From NCBI GenBank assembly GCA_051362555.1, contig CM120641.1, positions 4,278,001 through 4,342,000 on the forward strand: a DNA stretch of 64,000 nucleotides, given 5' to 3'. A program made the position numbers and the translations under genes. Of the stretch, positions 60,710-64,000 are shown one piece after another (the first letter of the stretch is position 1; each line of letters opens with the position of its first letter). The notes under the pieces were generated by a model. The model was given only the letters and a program-made list of their open reading frames with translations, did no database searches and was not told where the DNA came from. This DNA is from Lingula anatina. Lineage: Eukaryota > Animalia > Brachiopoda.

Positions 60710-63488
60710 AAGGGATTAGATACAAAGGATTGATCTTGCCTCGAAAAATCTGGATTTTGATAGATCAGAATAAAAAGAGAGAGAAAGAAAAGAGTCCAAT
60801 ATGTTGGTTATTGTTAAGGGACTGGGTTAGGATCATACTCTGAGATTCTGATAGAGGAGCTGACATGGAAGGCATTTTCTCAATTTAAAGAATTGTATGA
60901 TTGCATGGAGCTACGGTATCTGATTCCTGGTAGTAACATACAAATCACATCATAAATGATACTTACACACCATCAAAGGTCATCATATGTGGGTCACTGT
61001 TTGCCATACACACAAGTCCTTTTAAAGTCATGTCTGTATCAATCACCAATATCTATAAAAATCAGTCATTCTGTTTCAAGAAGCAATAATAATAAACAAA
61101 TATTTACAATTCATATTTTCATTAAATTACTCCTTGGAAATATCATTTAAATGCAGTCTTTCCTTTTCTATAAGTAGCCGAGTTCTGTAAAATTTGAAAA
61201 TATGTGTGGGCTGCAATATAATTAATTCCCTTTAAAACCTCTTCACCTTTATCTCTCCCCTCACACACACACATCCAGGTTAGTTATGGTGCATCCAAAT
61301 GACACGGCTAGACTGAGAGCTTGTTGTGAATTTCTTCATTACTGTAAAACCAGTTTAAAATACAAACAATCTTACTGGTATATCTGCTAGTCTGTAGTTG
61401 CTCCAGGCTTGATGAACATTAAATTCAGCTGTTGACAGCAGCACTTTGGTGATTTGGTCTCCATCATATATTCCATCTATGACTGGGGCTATTTTCAAGG
61501 TGACAGTTTTATTCCAGTGCTTAGCATTTATCTGTATACCACATGCCTCCACCACTGCCTCCTGTCTTTGACTAACTCCACCCTCTGATGGACACAGTGC
61601 TTGTTTCCACTGTTGTGGAATACGGACTTCCACTTGGAGAAAGATATCTTCACAATAAAAGTCAAACACTGGAATGTCAGTGCATAGGATTGGCACTGTT
61701 GGTTGAAAAGCTATAATGGCAGGATTGGGATCATTTTCTTTTATTCTAATTGGAAAGTCACTTGAATTCAGCACCTGAAATAAAGATACATACAACAGCA
61801 TGCATGCAGGCACTTAAAAACAATTTTCCATGCTCACTACATATATAAATGGAAACAAATTAATAAAACAAATCCACAATCAATACTGCAGTTATAATAT
61901 AATAAGAATATTGACTTATAATATAATCATATACTGCCTAGTGTACATGTACATAATGAGTATAAACATCTACATGGAGTATTATTTATGTGTATGTTAA
62001 AATACATGTAAAAAGTTATTATTATTATTAAATTTCAACATGATCCTAACATAGTTTTGTATAAACCTTATTATTCTTCCTACCAATGCAATATTTACCT
62101 TTATACCTGCAAAAAACTCTGGACTTTCAACAGCCAAACTTCTGGCACCAACAAGTTCTCCATCTTGTACATACTTTCCCTTTACTCTGCATTTTACCTG
62201 GAAATTTAAATCACAAATTAAACAATGCTTTCTTTAAAATTTTATATGGCTTAGTTGAAGGTACATTAGATAAGCCATGGACAGCTTTTAATAAAATCTC
62301 TTACAAAAAAAAATGACCTTAAACATTATAATGTATCTGGGATATCTGGACTAACAACATCCATAGGGGGGAATAACAATGCAGTGACATAAAGATATGA
62401 TCCCAGACATAATTGGGTTCTGGTTCTGAATGTAGCCTATAACAACCATTAAAAGATCAAGTATACCTCACCTGAAAGCCAAGAGTAATGGATTTGCTCA
62501 GCCAGACACTTTCTCTGAGCTGAGCAGGCAAATCAGCCACATCAACGTTGTCTTCCTCATGGACAAGTTGTGAATTAATGTACCATTTCACATCAAAGAA
62601 GAGCAGAGACAGCTTGTCTGCAGGGACTTGATCATAGAAGGGCAGGCAGGTGAACATAAGCTCCTTTTTTGTTATATTTTCAAAAATATAACGTTCAACT
62701 CTTTCATCCACTTGAATGTCTGGTTGCTGTGTTATATTTGGGAAATTATCTAACAGAATGAAATACTTAATTAACATCATAAAACTGTTTATTTAATTTA
62801 CTGTTATTTAATTTTATCAATGTCATACTGCTGCCTATTCATTGAAAATATGTGTAAAACATATTCAAGAAACTCAATTTATCCATCTAAATATTTGTTT
62901 GTCAAGTCTTACACAAAATGTAAACTTTTTGATTTAATGTGCACAACTCATAAATAAAAATAAAGACCTAACCTGAACAACCTGGTTCAAAACCATCTTC
63001 TGATATAGTTCCTGGGGGACATAGTACCTTATCACCTAAATAAGTTGTAAAACAAATGAAGAAATACAAATTTTAAGTTGTCTCTTCCATGTGCAGCCAT
63101 TTAAATTTTGCTGTTGTGTTTTATTATTTTTTCATCAGTTACATGCAATGCAAAAAATTGTTGCTTACCAACATGCCCATATATGAAATAAATGCACATT
63201 TCAGTGGGTAGTGGTGTGTTCCAAGGTGGGGAAATGAACAAATTTTAGATTATAGTTACTTTATGTATACTAATAATTAGCTAGGTATCCTCATTATCAA
63301 TAAAAAATGAGACAATCACTCACCTATACAGTAACGCTCAGCACACTGACTCACAGGTGGCAGATGATATACATTGTATGTAGAACAATTCTTTAACTGT
63401 ATGTCATATGTCTTGGCACAGCAAACAGTGGAATTCTTCACACATACAGTACCATTAATGACACCATCATCAGCGGAGGGTAAGGAAC
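40737..63488 (-). CDS. von Willebrand factor D and EGF domain-containing (VWDE-related) type I membrane protein, copy 2, 5'-partial
   Basis: Minus-strand exons in transcript order: 63324-63488, 62973-63035, 62472-62749, 62099-62197, 61376-61774, 60967-61052, 60332-60395, 59852-60070, 59294-59511, 58772-59057, 58377-58526, 57917-58109, 57233-57429, 56855-57088, 29 module exons 56138 down to 41871, TM exon 41545-41713 (MAIVLGGVLGSISFIAVTLIVVAAI-RHTLHWKSKQKKR), last exon 40737-40998. All are phase-compatible except module 45790-45890. Motifs ESPEFFAGIK, DPHMMTFDG, GLCG and CPNDCS match VWDE-family proteins. Confidence 0.9.
44554..44653. repeat. (ATATA)n pentanucleotide microsatellite
   Basis: About 20 tandem ATATA units. 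Paralogous introns (42590-42600, 46160-46190) have only GAATATAATT at this site. Confidence 0.92.
47425..47762. mobile_element. Kolobok-like MITE copy 3
   Basis: TTAA-AGGGATAATAACTCTTCAT...ATGAAGAGTTATTATCCTT-TTAA. The empty site with a single TTAA is present in the duplicated intron at ~53349-53353. Confidence 0.9.
49190..50620. repeat. 146-bp tandem repeat inside the HINE
   Basis: AACTATGGACCTATCTCTGCCAG recurs at 49265, 49410, 49556 and at 50002, 50148, 50294, 50440, 50586. A ~290-bp spacer block is duplicated at ~49590-49880 and ~50620-50910. Confidence 0.92.
51526..51603. repeat. 18-bp GC-rich minisatellite (GGCGGAGCCGCAGGAGCC)x4
   Basis: Four tandem units, read directly; it occupies the microsatellite position of the HINE. 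Confidence 0.9.
60667..60707. repeat. (AT)n microsatellite
   Basis: About 20 AT units in an intron of the minus-strand gene. Confidence 0.92.
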
Positions 63489-63577
63489 CTGTGAAACAAA
63501 AATGTGATAGAAGTGCATTGAATGTCCCAATTTAGTGTTAAATATGTTTCTTTGCTTTTTCCTGCTCTCCACAATGA

Positions 63578-63579
<2 letters not shown>

Positions 63580-63617
<38 letters not shown>

Positions 63618-63627
63618 GTTGTTGTTT
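63580..63627. repeat. (ATT)n(GTT)n compound microsatellite
   Basis: About 12 ATT units followed by GTT units; explains the poly-Ile/Thr ORF at 63470-63727. Confidence 0.9.
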
Positions 63628-64000
63628 TCATTGCAAATGGACTACAAATATTTTTTAAATGGTTAAACAACATCTTCGGTAAAACCTGAAAAAACTTTTT
63701 TTGTTTTGAACACATTAAGAAAACCATACAGCATTAAATCAATTAGGCAACTTACCACTAATTTATGTACCATTATGCATGTGCAAAACAACAATATGTA
63801 CAACTGTTTAACCATTTTCTAGCTATCATTTTCATAGAATGTTTGCAAATTATGATCTCCACATTATTTGTATTATGTTCCTCCACCAAAGTAAAACCTA
63901 GCTGGCTTTCCTTGTTGTTGTTAAAATGAGCTGTAGAAATACATTATTGGATCTACGGGTGCATTCACGATGAACTTATCATATTAGCTAGTGTGCACTA

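Overview
AT-rich, intron-containing animal genomic DNA, probably from an invertebrate; the species cannot be named from sequence alone. It is not prokaryotic, and most ORF-track entries are exon fragments or noise. Contents: (1) the 3' part of a NUDT14-like UDP-sugar Nudix hydrolase gene with two tandem, intact copies of its last exon; (2) a 5-exon bacterial-type (Sulfotransfer_3-like) sulfotransferase with a probable GC-AG intron and an atypical PAPS-binding loop; (3) a tail-to-tail inverted pair of large VWDE-related genes. Their architecture is D8C domains, VWD, EGF, an array of 111-nt phase-0 exons each encoding a 4-Cys/Trp module, a TM helix and a cytoplasmic tail. The minus-strand copy (40737 to beyond 64000) looks essentially intact, with 29 module exons (mostly A/B alternating, one frameshifted) and a tail ending in PPPDY. 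The plus-strand copy (14537-37400) has 11 modules and at least five independent lesions, so it looks like a young pseudogene. The window is rich in non-autonomous transposons: Kolobok-like MITEs, Helentron/HINE-like elements with internal satellites, a CCC/TA element with CCTATAGG arrays, an 8-bp-TSD MITE, a tRNA-SINE and Tc1/mariner relics. Several of these have empty sites visible in the paralogous sequence. Exon coordinates were derived by hand from splice signals and reading frame.
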